This document shows, in pieces, positions 43,665-54,584 of a stretch of DNA of 64,000 nt (position 1 is the first letter of the stretch; each line of letters begins with the position of its first letter). The DNA is taken from NCBI RefSeq assembly GCF_965276855.1, contig NZ_OZ255700.1:2912971-2976970 (forward strand), read 5' to 3'. Source of the DNA: Roseibium sp. (GTDB taxonomy: Bacteria; Pseudomonadota; Alphaproteobacteria; Rhizobiales; Stappiaceae). Position numbers and translations under genes: made by a program. A model generated the notes under the pieces. The model had not been told where the DNA came from and did not search any database. It saw only the letters and a program-made list of their open reading frames with translations.

Positions 43665-46247
43665 TCAGAGGTTTCTAAGAACCGGTGCAGGCTTTTCCCC
43701 GAGAACGCGCCAGGTTCCGATCAGACCGAACCCGACAGTCAGGACAAGCGCGATTAGGGCAGCACTGAACGCCGTGACCGGCAGCAGCGTAAAGGTTCCG
43801 CCCATGATTGCAGTGATGACATACCAGGCAGCAATGCCGCCCGCCAAAACGGCAAACACTGCTGTGACAAGGCCAAGGATCGCATATTCGAGGCCATAGG
43901 CCAGGATCAGCCGCGTTCGTGTGGCGCCAATGGTCTTCAAGATGACAGCGTCATAGATGCGGCTGCGATGCCCGGCGGCGAGTGCGCCTGCCAAGACAAG
44001 AATGCTGGCAATCAGCGTGATGGAGGAGGCGCCGCGGATCGCCCATGCGAGCTGAGCCACGATGTTGTTCACCTGGGAGATCGCATCTTTCACGCGGACG
44101 CTAGTGACGGTCGGAAAGCTGCTGGAGACGGTCTTCAACAAGGCTAACTCGGTGTCTGTCTGGACGTTATCATCCCAGCCAAGAGTCATCAGATGCGCAT
44201 GCGGCGCCCCGGCAAATGTGTTTGGCGAGAACACCATGACGAAATTGATGCCAAGCGACTGCCATTCCACGTCCCGCGTATTTGCAATCTCTGCAGAGAT
44301 TTCGCGGCCAAGAACGTTCACAGAAACGGTGTCGCCAATCTTGAGGCCGAGGTCTGTTGCAGCCTCCGCGTCAAAGGAGACCAGTGGAGGCCCGGAATAG
44401 TCTTGCGGCCACCATTCACCGGTCGCCAGTTCCGAGTTCGGCGGGAGCGTAGCCTCGTAAGTGATGCCGCGGTCGCCGCGCAGGACCCAGTCGGACCCTT
44501 CTTGGGCGGGCACGAAATCATCGCTGCTGATGCCGTTGAGGCTGACAATCCGGCCGCGCAACATCGGCACACTTTGAAGGTCTGCCTTTGGAGCTTCTTC
44601 GCGTAGCAGGGTTTCAAATGCGTCCCGCTCATGGCTTTGAATGTCGACAAAGAAGAAGCTTGGCGCTTCACCTGCGATGGTCGCGGTGAGCTCCCGGCGG
44701 AGGTTTCCATCAATCAGGGTCAGGGCGACCAGCAGGGAGAGGCCCAAGCCAAGAGACAGAACGACAGATGGTGTGAGAGCACCAGGGCGGTGAATGTTGG
44801 CAATCGCCAGCCGCAGCTCGGTGGAGCGGACCGGAGGCAGGCGTTTGGCGAGCCACATGATGATCCGCGCCACAACCACCAAAAGCACAAAAGCCCCGGC
44901 GGACGCTGCGATATAGATCGTGGCAATTCGCTTGTCATAGGCCAGCAGGATGGCGATGGACGCAAGGACGACCACGGTGAGAGCCGTGGCGAACAAATAG
45001 CGTTTACGGGGCCATTTGGAGCCCGCCGCAACAATATCGCGGAACAGGGCGGTGGGTGGAACGTCATGAGCCCGGCCAAGCGGCCAAAGCGCGAAAGCCA
45101 GCGCGGTCAAAAGGCCGTACACGAGGCCTAGGCCCAGTTCGCTTGGATAGATGCCGACCGCAAGTTTGACCGGAAGAACATTGGATAGCGCAGCACCAGC
45201 GGCAAAAGGGATCATTGCTCCAATGACCAGCCCGATGCCAATCCCGATCAGGGCAAGCGCCAGCATCTGAACCAGATAAATCTGGAAGACAAATCCACCG
45301 GTTGCGCCCAGGCACTTGAAGCTTGCAATGACTTCCCGCTTCGTTTCCAGGAAGGCCCGGACCGCATTGGCAACGCCAACGCCGCCCACAACGAGAGCTG
45401 TGAGACCAACGAGCGTCAGAAACTGTGCAAACCGGTCGATGCTGCGCTGAAGGCCGGGAGACGCGTTGGCTCTGGAGCGCACCCGCCAACCGGCATCAGC
45501 TTCGGTTTGTTCCGCAACTTCCTCTATCTGTTTGAGCTCGCCGATGCTCGGCGCGGGATCCATACGCACCCGGTAATGCCAGCGCACCAAACTACCGGGC
45601 TGAACGAGATCAGTTGCGCCGATGGCCTCGGTGGAGATCATCAGGCGGGGGCCGAACTCCATTCCGCCCGCGAGTTTGTCGGGTTCAGTTTCAATGACGT
45701 CTGTGATTTCAACACTCGTGCGGCCAAGCTCAAGTGTGTCACCAACTTCAACATCAAGACGGGCCAGCAGGGCCAGTTCGGCCACAGCTCCCCAGCGCCC
45801 ATTACGCTGTTCCAGTGCGTCCACAAGGCTTTGCCCTGATTGCAGCTCGAGCGCGCCATAGAGCGGATAAACATCATCGACCGCCTTAAGCTCTACAAGC
45901 GCCTGGTCCGCCGTGTCTGCGCGCCGGGCCATTGCGCGCAATGTCGCGACTTCCGAAACTGCACCGAGACTGTCGATGTAGCTCCGCTCGTCCTCATTCA
46001 CTTGACGATGAACCAGACGGAAGGACAGATCGCCGCCCAAAATGGCTTGGCCTTCCTGCGAGATCCCTTCGGTCAAGGCTCGGGAAACCGAGGTCACACC
46101 GGAGATTGCGGCCACCCCAAGCGCAATACAGGCAATGAAAATGTAAAAGCCCTTCAAGCCGCCGCGCAGTTCGCGCAGGGCAAACCGGAGGGCGAGGCGG
46201 AAGGTCTGGTTGTTGCGGCCAAGCTCGCCGGACACAAATCCGCTCAT
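43665..46247 (-). CDS. ybbP: YbbP-type ABC permease (two FtsX domains)
   Basis: FALRELRGG, LGGDL, ELKAVD..YPLYG, GGVGVANAV, IASFKCLGA, P.FFFVDIQ, RGDRGITY, AVILKTIGA. Confidence 0.9.
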   Translation of the reverse strand: MSGFVSGELGRNNQTFRLALRFALRELRGGLKGFYIFIACIALGVAAISGVTSVSRALTEGISQEGQAILGGDLSFRLVHRQVNEDERSYIDSLGAVSEVATLRAMARRADTADQALVELKAVDDVYPLYGALELQSGQSLVDALEQRNGRWGAVAELALLARLDVEVGDTLELGRTSVEITDVIETEPDKLAGGMEFGPRLMISTEAIGATDLVQPGSLVRWHYRVRMDPAPSIGELKQIEEVAEQTEADAGWRVRSRANASPGLQRSIDRFAQFLTLVGLTALVVGGVGVANAVRAFLETKREVIASFKCLGATGGFVFQIYLVQMLALALIGIGIGLVIGAMIPFAAGAALSNVLPVKLAVGIYPSELGLGLVYGLLTALAFALWPLGRAHDVPPTALFRDIVAAGSKWPRKRYLFATALTVVVLASIAILLAYDKRIATIYIAASAGAFVLLVVVARIIMWLAKRLPPVRSTELRLAIANIHRPGALTPSVVLSLGLGLSLLVALTLIDGNLRRELTATIAGEAPSFFFVDIQSHERDAFETLLREEAPKADLQSVPMLRGRIVSLNGISSDDFVPAQEGSDWVLRGDRGITYEATLPPNSELATGEWWPQDYSGPPLVSFDAEAATDLGLKIGDTVSVNVLGREISAEIANTRDVEWQSLGINFVMVFSPNTFAGAPHAHLMTLGWDDNVQTDTELALLKTVSSSFPTVTSVRVKDAISQVNNIVAQLAWAIRGASSITLIASILVLAGALAAGHRSRIYDAVILKTIGATRTRLILAYGLEYAILGLVTAVFAVLAGGIAAWYVITAIMGGTFTLLPVTAFSAALIALVLTVGFGLIGTWRVLGEKPAPVLRNL

Positions 46248-46960
46248 GCGGACACCTGTTCTTGCGTTGCGGCCAGGTTCTGGGTGGTTTCTTCGATTTC
46301 GCCCGAGCGTACCCGGATGACCCGGTCACATTTTTCGGCAAGGGCCGGATCGTGCGTCACAAGAACCAGCGTGGTTTTGCGGTCGCGCTGCGCTGAGAAC
46401 ATCAGGTCGACGATCTGTGCGCCGGTGCTTTCGTCTAGGTTCCCTGTCGGCTCATCTGCAATCAGGATTTCCGGCTCCACGACGAGCGCGCGCGCAACGG
46501 CGACCCGTTGTTGCTCTCCGCCGGACATCTGAGCCGGATAGTGGTGCATGCGTTTTCCAAGACCAACAGCCTCAAGCTCTGCCTGGGCCTTCTTGAAGGC
46601 GTCCGCATCGCCGGCGAGTTCAAGCGGTACTGCGACGTTTTCCAGCGCCGTCATATTCGGGACAAGGTGAAATGACTGAAAGATGATGCCGACATTTCGG
46701 CCCCTGAACAGCGCCAGTTGGTCTTCCGATAATCCGCCGAGTTCTGATCCGGCAACAACAACGGATCCCTCATCGGCGCGTTCCAGTCCGGCCATCACCA
46801 TTAGGAGGGTCGATTTGCCCGAGCCGGATGGTCCGACTAGGCCAACGGATGTGCTCTTTCCGATCTCCAGATCAATACCCTTCAGGATGTGAACCTGTCC
46901 GGCCCCTTCTCCAAGGGTCAAGTGGACATTTTTCAGGGCAATGGCTGGTGTCGTCGTCAT
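46244..46960 (-). CDS. ybbA: YbbA-type ABC ATP-binding protein
   Basis: GPSGSGKSTLL, IFQSFHL, HYPAQMSGGEQQRVA, ADEPTGNLD, VTHD. Confidence 0.92.
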   Translation of the reverse strand: MTTTPAIALKNVHLTLGEGAGQVHILKGIDLEIGKSTSVGLVGPSGSGKSTLLMVMAGLERADEGSVVVAGSELGGLSEDQLALFRGRNVGIIFQSFHLVPNMTALENVAVPLELAGDADAFKKAQAELEAVGLGKRMHHYPAQMSGGEQQRVAVARALVVEPEILIADEPTGNLDESTGAQIVDLMFSAQRDRKTTLVLVTHDPALAEKCDRVIRVRSGEIEETTQNLAATQEQVSA

Positions 46961-47083
46961 CTTTGGGCCTTTATAACGGTCATATGTTGGCCGTTATGGC
47001 CATCACATGCCCTCGACAAGTGGTCACTTTGCGACCATATGGGCCTGTTGTGCCAAGTCTTCCAGTCAGGAAAGTGTATTAGA

Positions 47084-47713
47084 GTGTATCGTTTCTTTCT
47101 GTTTTTGATGCTGCCTCTGTTGTGGTTGGGAACCAGCACTGCAAATGCTGCTGATATCAAGCTCGTTGTGCTGGGAGACAGCTTGTCTGCCGGCTATCAG
47201 CTGCAGGCTGGAGACGGCTTTCCAGAACAACTGCAAAAAGCGCTCGATGCACGCGGGCATTCTGTGGAGGTCGTCAATGCCGGTGTTTCCGGTGACACCT
47301 CCTCCGGTGGACTGTCCAGGCTCGACTGGTCGGTAGGGAATGACGCTGACGCGGTCATCGTCGAGCTTGGCGCCAATGATGCCTTGCGTGGCATTCAGCC
47401 AGACCTGACACGCAACAACCTCACACAAATCGTGAAACGCCTGACCGACAAGGACATTGCGGTGCTTGTTGCGGGCATGCTCGCCCCACGCAATCTTGGC
47501 GAGGACTATGCTGCCTCTTTCGACCCGATCTACAAAGACATCGCCGAGGCGCATGGCGCATTGCTCTATCCCTTCTTTCTGGAAGGTGTTGCGCTGAACC
47601 CGGATCTCAATCTCGCCGATGGCATTCACCCGAATGCGGAAGGCGTTGGCGTTATTGTTGAAAACATTCTGCCGACGGTCGAAGAGTTGCTGGTACAAGC
47701 TTCCAAAAAATAG
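47084..47713 (+). CDS. tesA: Arylesterase/acyl-CoA thioesterase I (GDSL)
   Basis: LGDSLSAGY, NAGVSGDT, ELGANDALRG, DGIHPN. Divergent from ybbA, the same order as in E. coli. GTG start at 47084. Confidence 0.92.
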   Translation: MYRFFLFLMLPLLWLGTSTANAADIKLVVLGDSLSAGYQLQAGDGFPEQLQKALDARGHSVEVVNAGVSGDTSSGGLSRLDWSVGNDADAVIVELGANDALRGIQPDLTRNNLTQIVKRLTDKDIAVLVAGMLAPRNLGEDYAASFDPIYKDIAEAHGALLYPFFLEGVALNPDLNLADGIHPNAEGVGVIVENILPTVEELLVQASKK

Positions 47714-47771
47714 CATTCAGACATCTCTGATCCTGCCGAACACAATTTACCTGTAAACAAGGATATCCCTC

Positions 47772-48824
47772 ATGGAACTGCGCACGCTTGGCCGCACGGA
47801 TATAAAGGTCAGCGCATTGTGCCTTGGCACAATGACCTATGGCGAACAAAACACGGAAGCCGAAGGTCATGCTCAAATGGATTATGCCCTGGAGAAGGGG
47901 ATCAATTTTTTCGATACAGCCGAGCTCTATGCAATTCCGCCAAAGAAGGAAACGCAGGGGCGGACGGAACGGATCATCGGCACATGGTTTCAAAAAACCG
48001 GCAACCGGGACAAAGTCGTTTTGGCGACCAAGGTTGTCGGCCGGACCGGCATGGATTGGTTCCGCGAGCACGGCAAAGGCGCCAGCCTGACACGTGCGGA
48101 AATCGAATTTGCGGTCGACCGGAGCCTGAAAAACCTTCAGACCGACTACATCGACCTTTACCAGATCCACTGGCCGGATCGGAACATGAGCAACTTCGGC
48201 GCCAATCCGGCGCGCTGGGCTCCGCCGGAGCTGCATGAAGACGAGAACAGCATCGAAAGCACACTGGAAGTGCTGGCGGACCTGGTGAAAAGCGGTAAAG
48301 TCCGCCACATCGGGATCTCCAATGAGAGCTCCTGGGGCACCATGCGCTATGTTGCGGCCTCCGAGCACCTTGGTTTGCCGCGGGTCGCCTCGATCCAGAA
48401 CACTTATAATATGGTCAACCGCACTTTCGAAACCGGATTGGCAGAGATCGCGCAACGTGAAAACGTTGGTTTGCTTGGATACTCCGCGCTCGCGCAAGGC
48501 TATCTGACGGGCAAGTACAGGAATGGCGCAATGCCGGCAGGCTCCCGCAAAGTGCTGTTTGACCGCCTGCAACGCTATGAGCACCCGCGGTCGATCGAAG
48601 CCTATGACGCCTATTTCAATCTGGCAGATGAAGCCGGTCTCGATCCGGCGCAAATGGCGATTGCCTTTGCCAAGTCCCGTGACTTTATGACGTCCGTTAT
48701 TCTTGGGGCAACGCGCATGGATCAGCTGGAGAATGACATTGCTGCTGCCGATGTGACGTTAAGCAGCGACGTCCTTGAGAAGATCGACGCGATTCATCAG
48801 GAATTCGGCAACACAGCGCCGTAA
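47772..48824 (+). CDS. Aldo/keto reductase (Tas family)
   Basis: LGTMTYGEQN, FFDTAELY, LQTDYIDLYQIHWP, GISNE, SIQN.YN. Confidence 0.93.
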   Translation: MELRTLGRTDIKVSALCLGTMTYGEQNTEAEGHAQMDYALEKGINFFDTAELYAIPPKKETQGRTERIIGTWFQKTGNRDKVVLATKVVGRTGMDWFREHGKGASLTRAEIEFAVDRSLKNLQTDYIDLYQIHWPDRNMSNFGANPARWAPPELHEDENSIESTLEVLADLVKSGKVRHIGISNESSWGTMRYVAASEHLGLPRVASIQNTYNMVNRTFETGLAEIAQRENVGLLGYSALAQGYLTGKYRNGAMPAGSRKVLFDRLQRYEHPRSIEAYDAYFNLADEAGLDPAQMAIAFAKSRDFMTSVILGATRMDQLENDIAAADVTLSSDVLEKIDAIHQEFGNTAP

Positions 48825-48867
48825 CTGACGTTCACGTTTTCAAAAGAATCAAACGACAGTCTCCCCC

Positions 48868-48897
48868 TCGAGCCGGGCAAGGAATTGCCCGGCTCGA
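48868..48897. terminator. 13-bp stem-loop after the AKR gene
   Basis: TCGAGCCGGGCAA-GGAA-TTGCCCGGCTCGA; weak U-tract. Confidence 0.6.
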
Positions 48898-49010
48898 AAT
48901 CTCTCTCCACACAAAAACTACACTGTCTTCAAAGTGTTGGTTTTTTGTCTTGCCAATTTCATCAAGTTGATTCCTGATGGGGACATCAGCGTTTGGCGGA
49001 GGGAACACCT

Positions 49011-49547
49011 ATGCCGCGGCTTTTTACAGGCCTTGAGATTCCGTCTGAGACGGCCCTCATGTTGTCCATGCTCCGGGGAGGCCTTCGGGGCGCCCGCTGG
49101 ATCGATCCGGAAAACTATCACATCACTCTGCGCTTCATTGGCGATATCGATGATCGCACGGCGGATGAAGTGGTTGATGCACTCGACCGGATCCGTCGCG
49201 ATCCCATTGAGATCAGGCTTGATGGCCTTGGGTCCTTCGGCAACGGTAAGCCACACGCGGTCTGGGCCGGTGTGCAGCTGACATCGGCTTTGTCTGAGCT
49301 TCAAAGCGAGCAAGAGCGCATCCTGCAACGGCTTCACTTGCCGGCAGAGCGGCGCAAGTACGTGCCTCATGTCACTCTGGCCCGCTGTAAAACTTCCAAT
49401 AATGAAGATGTTGCCAAGTGGTTGTGTGAGCGCGGTAACTTCCAGGCACCGCCATTTATTGCGGGCCGGTTCGTCTTGTTTTCCGCAAAATCAAGTGTTG
49501 GCGGAGGCCCATACTTGGTGGAAGAGGCTTACCCGCTTGCGGCCTGA
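49011..49547 (+). CDS. thpR: RNA 2',3'-cyclic phosphodiesterase
   Basis: MPRLFTGLEIP, WIDPENYHITLRFIG and YVPHVTLAR (2H motifs). Confidence 0.93.
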   Translation: MPRLFTGLEIPSETALMLSMLRGGLRGARWIDPENYHITLRFIGDIDDRTADEVVDALDRIRRDPIEIRLDGLGSFGNGKPHAVWAGVQLTSALSELQSEQERILQRLHLPAERRKYVPHVTLARCKTSNNEDVAKWLCERGNFQAPPFIAGRFVLFSAKSSVGGGPYLVEEAYPLAA

Positions 49548-49911
49548 GTGAACTCCAGAGCTGCCGTTTGTGGTTTGCGGATCTCATGTCAACAGGGAGC
49601 GTGAGGTTTTGCCTTGACCTTATGAGGTCGCATCAGTGGCAGAACTTCAGGAGGAGCGAATTGTGAGCGTCCGACAATTTCCTATGAGTCTCTGATTGAT
49701 AATGTAGGTTTTTATTAGCCGACTTAGTATTTAACCGTATTTAATCATCCATGGGTTGTATTTCTCAAAAAAACTCAATCAAATTACCTTCAATTTTTAG
49801 GTTTTTTGATATCGGTTGTAAAAGAAAATTAATTCGTTTTGCTTCTTCTGTTCTTACTGTGCGTGAGTTGCGTAATGCATCTCTCGGTAAAAAAGAAGAG
49901 TCTGTGCAACC

Positions 49912-51876
49912 ATGAAGTCACTCACCAATTTATCTATTGCCGCACGGGTAGGCAGCCTGTCGGCTATCACCGTTGTTGCAATCGTTATGCTGTTTTTCGT
50001 CGCGCGGCATAGTCAGCAGCTTGTCAGCGCCGAGAACGACCGTCTCGCTGAGTACTCCCAGATGGATTACTACGTGTCCCAGGTTCTGGCGAAAGCGCAA
50101 GACATGCGGCGATTGGAAAAGGACTTCCTGCTGACAAAGGATGAGACTCTCGTAACCACATATGACGAGAGGTATGGCGAAGCCGTCGAGTTCCTGAAGC
50201 TCACCGCAGAAAAGCCGGAAGCTGCCGATCAGATGCCGGTGATTGAAAGCCTGGAAAGCACTTTGGCGCAGCACAAGGCTGATTTCGCTACGATCGTGAC
50301 TCAATCGACAGAGATGGGGTTGAACGAGAAGGCCGGCCTTAAGGGCGAACTTCGCGGCGCGGTACACAACGTTGAGGAGCGTCTAAAAGCAGCGAACCTC
50401 GATGCACTGACCGTCAAGATGTTGATGATGCGGCGTCACGAGAAGGACTTCATGCTGCGCGGTGCTGATAAATACATTGGCCGGATTGATGACCGGCGCA
50501 GTGAATTTGCAGAGATGCTGCCAGGCAGCGGTCTGCCGGAAGCAGAGCAAAAAGAAATCAGCGCATTGCTCGATGCCTACCAAGCCAGTTTCAAACTGTT
50601 CGCCGAGAAGTCCCAGTTCATCAATGCACAGATCGATGCGGCCGATGCAACATTCGAAAAGATCATGCCGGATTGGTCAAAGCTGTCCGAAGCCGCTTAT
50701 CTTGGCAAACAGGCTGCAAGTGCCGGTCTCGAATCTGCCCGCAACTTCTCGAACAATCTCTTCCTGGTGATCGGAGCGATCAGCTTGGTTCTGGCAATCG
50801 GTCTTGGCTGGCTGATCGGGCGGAGCATCACGCGCCCGATCAACGACCTGACCGAGGTCATGAATGAGCTTGCGGGTGGCAACAATAATGTGACCGTCGC
50901 GTATGCGGACCGCAGCAATGAAATCGGCAGTATTGCGCGCGCCGTGGAAGTCTTCCGGGCAAACGCAATCCGGACGCAGGAGCTTGAGCAAGACCAGCAG
51001 GACCGGACTGCCCGCGCGGAAGAGGAAAAACGCGCGTTCATGGAGAACCTCGCAGGTCAGTTTGAAGCGTCCGTTGGCGCCATCGTTGAACGCGTTTCTA
51101 CGACTGCGACAAACCTGGATCACAGCGCCCAGACTATGGCGCGTGTCTCGGAAAACACCAGCGAACGCGCTGAAGTGGCAGCGTCGGCCTCAGCGCAGAC
51201 AACGGAAAATGTGTCTGTGGTTGCGTCCGCCGCGGAAGAAATGACCGCTTCAATCAGCGAGATCAACGAGCAGATTATCCGGGCGTCGGCTGCTTCAAAA
51301 AGTGCGGCGCAGGATGTGACCGGCACTGCAACGCAGATGGAAACGCTTGCCAACATGGCAGACCGGATCGGCGAAGTCGTTTCGATGATTTCCGATATCG
51401 CCGAACAGACCAATCTGCTCGCATTGAACGCAACCATCGAATCTGCCCGCGCTGGGGAGGCCGGGAAGGGCTTCGCGGTTGTTGCCAGTGAAGTGAAGGC
51501 ACTCGCGAATGAAACCGCCAAGGCAACGGAAAACATTTCGGAGCTGGTGACCGAAATTCAGGCGGAAACAAAAACAGCCGTCGGTTCCATTGCGAAGATC
51601 GGTGATGTCATGCGCGATCTCGAACAGTCCTCGACCGCGATCGCGTCTGCCATGGAAGAGCAAGGTGCAACAACCCAAAGCGTTGCGGAAAACGTTGCTC
51701 AGGCCGCGAATGGTACCCGGGACGTTTCGGACAGTATCAAGGTTGTGAAAGATGCATCTGTGGAATCAAGCCAAGCCACCCATGCGGTTCAGTCCAGCAT
51801 CAACGAACTGACCGAGCAATCCGATCTGCTGCGTGATGAAGTGAACCGCTTCCTCGGTCAGATCAGGGCGGCTTAA
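49912..51876 (+). CDS. Methyl-accepting chemotaxis protein (HBM-like sensor, HAMP)
   Basis: Two TM helices; duplicated MRRxEKDF sensor modules; HAMP domain; [34 protein letters not shown] signalling tip. Confidence 0.96.
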   Translation: MKSLTNLSIAARVGSLSAITVVAIVMLFFVARHSQQLVSAENDRLAEYSQMDYYVSQVLAKAQDMRRLEKDFLLTKDETLVTTYDERYGEAVEFLKLTAEKPEAADQMPVIESLESTLAQHKADFATIVTQSTEMGLNEKAGLKGELRGAVHNVEERLKAANLDALTVKMLMMRRHEKDFMLRGADKYIGRIDDRRSEFAEMLPGSGLPEAEQKEISALLDAYQASFKLFAEKSQFINAQIDAADATFEKIMPDWSKLSEAAYLGKQAASAGLESARNFSNNLFLVIGAISLVLAIGLGWLIGRSITRPINDLTEVMNELAGGNNNVTVAYADRSNEIGSIARAVEVFRANAIRTQELEQDQQDRTARAEEEKRAFMENLAGQFEASVGAIVERVSTTATNLDHSAQTMARVSENTSERAEVAASASAQTTENVSVVASAAEEMTASISEINEQIIRASAASKSAAQDVTGTATQMETLANMADRIGEVVSMISDIAEQTNLLALNATIESARAGEAGKGFAVVASEVKALANETAKATENISELVTEIQAETKTAVGSIAKIGDVMRDLEQSSTAIASAMEEQGATTQSVAENVAQAANGTRDVSDSIKVVKDASVESSQATHAVQSSINELTEQSDLLRDEVNRFLGQIRAA

Positions 51877-51885
51877 ACGGAACGG

Positions 51886-53064
51886 TCAGCGATCCAGCAG
51901 CTTGGCATAAACGGCTAGCGTCTTAGCGCACATCGTCTCGACAGTAAAATTTCGGCTCGCGTGGGTCAGGCCCCGGCCTGTCAGTGCGAGCCGGTCTTCT
52001 GCTGATAGTGCAAGCGCAGTCTTGATCGCCGAGGCCAGCGCATCGCTGTCACCAGGCGGAACGCGCCATCCGGTGCGGTCTTTTTCTGCAGCATCAGGCG
52101 GTGCCAGCACGGTTTCGGGCACGGCGCCAAGGTCAGAAACGATGACTGGAACACGGGCAGCTTGGGCTTCAACAGCGGCTCGGCCGAAGGCTTCCGGTTC
52201 AATCGAGGCAACAACAGCCAGATCAGATAGCGCCATGGCCGCCGGCACGTCCGCGCAATGGCCGACCAATCTGACCTGATCCTGCAGGTTCCAGTCTGCA
52301 ATCAACTGCTTCAACTCAGCCACGTAGCCGTCCCGGCCTTGAGCGTCACCGGCAAGAATAGCGATTGGAGCAGTCATTCCTGACGCTTTGAGCGCGCCCA
52401 TGGCCTCGATCAAAACCTTTTGGCCCTTCCAGCTGGTGAGACGGGCCATGTTCATGATGATCGGGCGGCCTGTGGGAACGCCCCAACTGTCTTTCAAAGC
52501 CTGGCGCCGTAGGGCACTAACGTTTTCCGGCGCGAGACCTTTCAAATCCGAGCCGCGATGGATCACTGTGATGCGATCTTTTGCAAACGGGTGCCGGTCG
52601 GTGATCAGATCGGCAATGTATTTGGAGTTCGCAATCACTGTGTCGCCGCGGGCCATGATTGAATTGTAAATGCCCTTGACCGCATTCGATTGACTGTAGC
52701 TGCCGTGATAGGTGGTGACGAACGGTATATGCATCCGGCGGGCTGCAAAGAGCGCAGACCAAGCTGGTGCCCGGCTCCGTGCGTGAATGATGTCAACGTT
52801 TTGCGCGCGGATGAGATTGCTCAACAGGCCAGCATTTTTCCAGAGCGTGATCGGGTTTTTTGATTTGACCGGCAGTGTGAAATGCTGGGCACCGATATCT
52901 TCCAGCTCGCGTACCATCTGCCCGCCCTGACTAGCTACGAGTGCGGTTCCACCTGCATCGATAAGAGCGCGGGCAATGTCGACAGTGGTGCGTTCCGCGC
53001 CCCCCGAGTTCAGGTCGGGGATCACTTGCAATACGGTTGGGGCGGTGGGCAGGGACACCAGCAA
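51886..53064 (-). CDS. GT4 family glycosyltransferase
   Basis: GGAER, IHARSRAPAW, VIANS, ARLTSWKGQ, EAFGRAAVEAQA. Confidence 0.92.
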   Translation of the reverse strand: MLVSLPTAPTVLQVIPDLNSGGAERTTVDIARALIDAGGTALVASQGGQMVRELEDIGAQHFTLPVKSKNPITLWKNAGLLSNLIRAQNVDIIHARSRAPAWSALFAARRMHIPFVTTYHGSYSQSNAVKGIYNSIMARGDTVIANSKYIADLITDRHPFAKDRITVIHRGSDLKGLAPENVSALRRQALKDSWGVPTGRPIIMNMARLTSWKGQKVLIEAMGALKASGMTAPIAILAGDAQGRDGYVAELKQLIADWNLQDQVRLVGHCADVPAAMALSDLAVVASIEPEAFGRAAVEAQAARVPVIVSDLGAVPETVLAPPDAAEKDRTGWRVPPGDSDALASAIKTALALSAEDRLALTGRGLTHASRNFTVETMCAKTLAVYAKLLDR

Positions 53065-53141
53065 AGCTCCGGGCGGTCTTTCAAATGACGAATGGCTGTG
53101 CCAAAGGACACGAGCTGAAGAAACTGAAAGAGAGCCATAGT

Positions 53142-53924
53142 ATGGGCGCGGCGGAACCGCAATTCATCGAGGTCGGAAAAAACGGTCAGAGGCGGAAAAT
53201 CGCTGTCCGGAAAGATGCGGGAAGATCGCCCGGTCTCATGTGGCTGTCGGGTTTCAAGTCTGACATGAGCGGAACCAAGGCCGAGGCCCTGTCTGCATTT
53301 GCTCGGGAGCGAGGGCAGGAAGCGGTTCGCTTTGATTATTCCGGGCATGGACTTTCGGAAAGCGCATTTGAAGAGGCGTGCGTGTCCGATTGGCTGGAGG
53401 AAGCCGAGGCGGTGTTCGACACCTGCACGAGCGGCTATACGATTCTTGTCGGCTCGTCCATGGGCGGCTGGATTGCTCTTCTCCTGGCTCTCTCACGCAA
53501 GGAAACAAACCGGATAAAGGGGTTGATATTGATCGCGCCAGCGACTGACTTCACAGAAGAGCTGATGTGGAAAGAGCGGTTCTCGGACGACATTCGCGCG
53601 GCAATCCTGCAGGACGGACGCTGGGAGCAGCCGTCCGACTACAGCGATGATCCTTATGTCATCACCCGCAAGTTGATCGAAGACGGGCGGTCTCATTTGC
53701 TGTTCGGCAGCTCTCTTCAGATCGGGGTGCCGGTGACGATCCTGCAAGGTGCGCTGGACCGGGATGTTCCACTTGGTCATGCGGAACGGCTGGTGCAGGC
53801 TCTGCCGCAGGATGATGTGACGTTTACAGTCGTGCCGGATGGTGATCACCGTTTGTCGCGGCCAGAAGATATCGAGTTGCTGATCCGGTCTGCCGCCTCC
53901 ATGAGTGGGTCCGTGTCCTCCTAA
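53142..53924 (+). CDS. Alpha/beta hydrolase (ABHD10-like)
   Basis: GFKSDMSGTKA, RFDYSGHG, VGSSMGGW, D.DVP, GDHRLSR. Confidence 0.92.
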   Translation: MGAAEPQFIEVGKNGQRRKIAVRKDAGRSPGLMWLSGFKSDMSGTKAEALSAFARERGQEAVRFDYSGHGLSESAFEEACVSDWLEEAEAVFDTCTSGYTILVGSSMGGWIALLLALSRKETNRIKGLILIAPATDFTEELMWKERFSDDIRAAILQDGRWEQPSDYSDDPYVITRKLIEDGRSHLLFGSSLQIGVPVTILQGALDRDVPLGHAERLVQALPQDDVTFTVVPDGDHRLSRPEDIELLIRSAASMSGSVSS

Positions 53925-53966
53925 AGGCCCTTGGCAAGCGGCTTGCGGCTTCCGATTGGCTGCGCC

Positions 53967-54494
53967 TCAACGGCCTTGAATGACTTCCTTCTCGCAATCC
54001 AGAAGGTGAATGGTCATCTCTGTGTAGAGGCTGAACTCGCTCACCTTCGATGCACGCCCGCGCAGGAACATTTCAACATCATTGGACGCGTAGTTAGCCG
54101 CGGTGGTTTTTCGCAAGAAACAGCTGCAGCGGGGCGCGTCCATATCGCTTTTGCTCTCACATAAGTCGGTGTGTTCACTTGGCTGAACTGAGCCACCGGC
54201 CGTCCCATCTGTCGTGCAAATTTGACGCAGTTCATCCAACTTGGCGAGTGCCTGCGCAGACAGGCGGCCCGGTTCGTTGGCGTAGTAAAATGAGAGATCG
54301 ACGTTGGAAAGATTTGTGTCCAGTGACTTGGTGAAAATGCAGCCGCATTGGTCTGCCGAAAGGCCCAGTTCAGTCTGGCAGGCGTTCGACATTCGTGCCC
54401 ATCTGTTTTCAGATGCTGAGAGCGGTTCGCTGGCAAAAGCGGATGTCAGGACAAACCCAAATAGAATTGCGAAGAAACAGACAACAGTTCTCAT
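53967..54494 (-). CDS. Small secreted Cys-rich hypothetical protein (two repeats)
   Basis: Signal peptide; C-x10-CxC...C pattern occurs twice. Confidence 0.65.
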   Translation of the reverse strand: MRTVVCFFAILFGFVLTSAFASEPLSASENRWARMSNACQTELGLSADQCGCIFTKSLDTNLSNVDLSFYYANEPGRLSAQALAKLDELRQICTTDGTAGGSVQPSEHTDLCESKSDMDAPRCSCFLRKTTAANYASNDVEMFLRGRASKVSEFSLYTEMTIHLLDCEKEVIQGR

Positions 54495-54584
54495 TGCACC
54501 ACCGAAATCTCACTAGAACCCTTGCCATGAAGCCTTAGCGCAGAAGTCTTTACGGGCGATGTATCCCAGATCGATGGTTTCCGA

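Noticed and set aside
49731-49744. TTAA-N6-TTAA upstream of the MCP, considered as a CtrA site
   Set aside because: Spacer is 6 nt rather than 7, in AT-rich DNA; only a half-site-like TTAACCGT remains.
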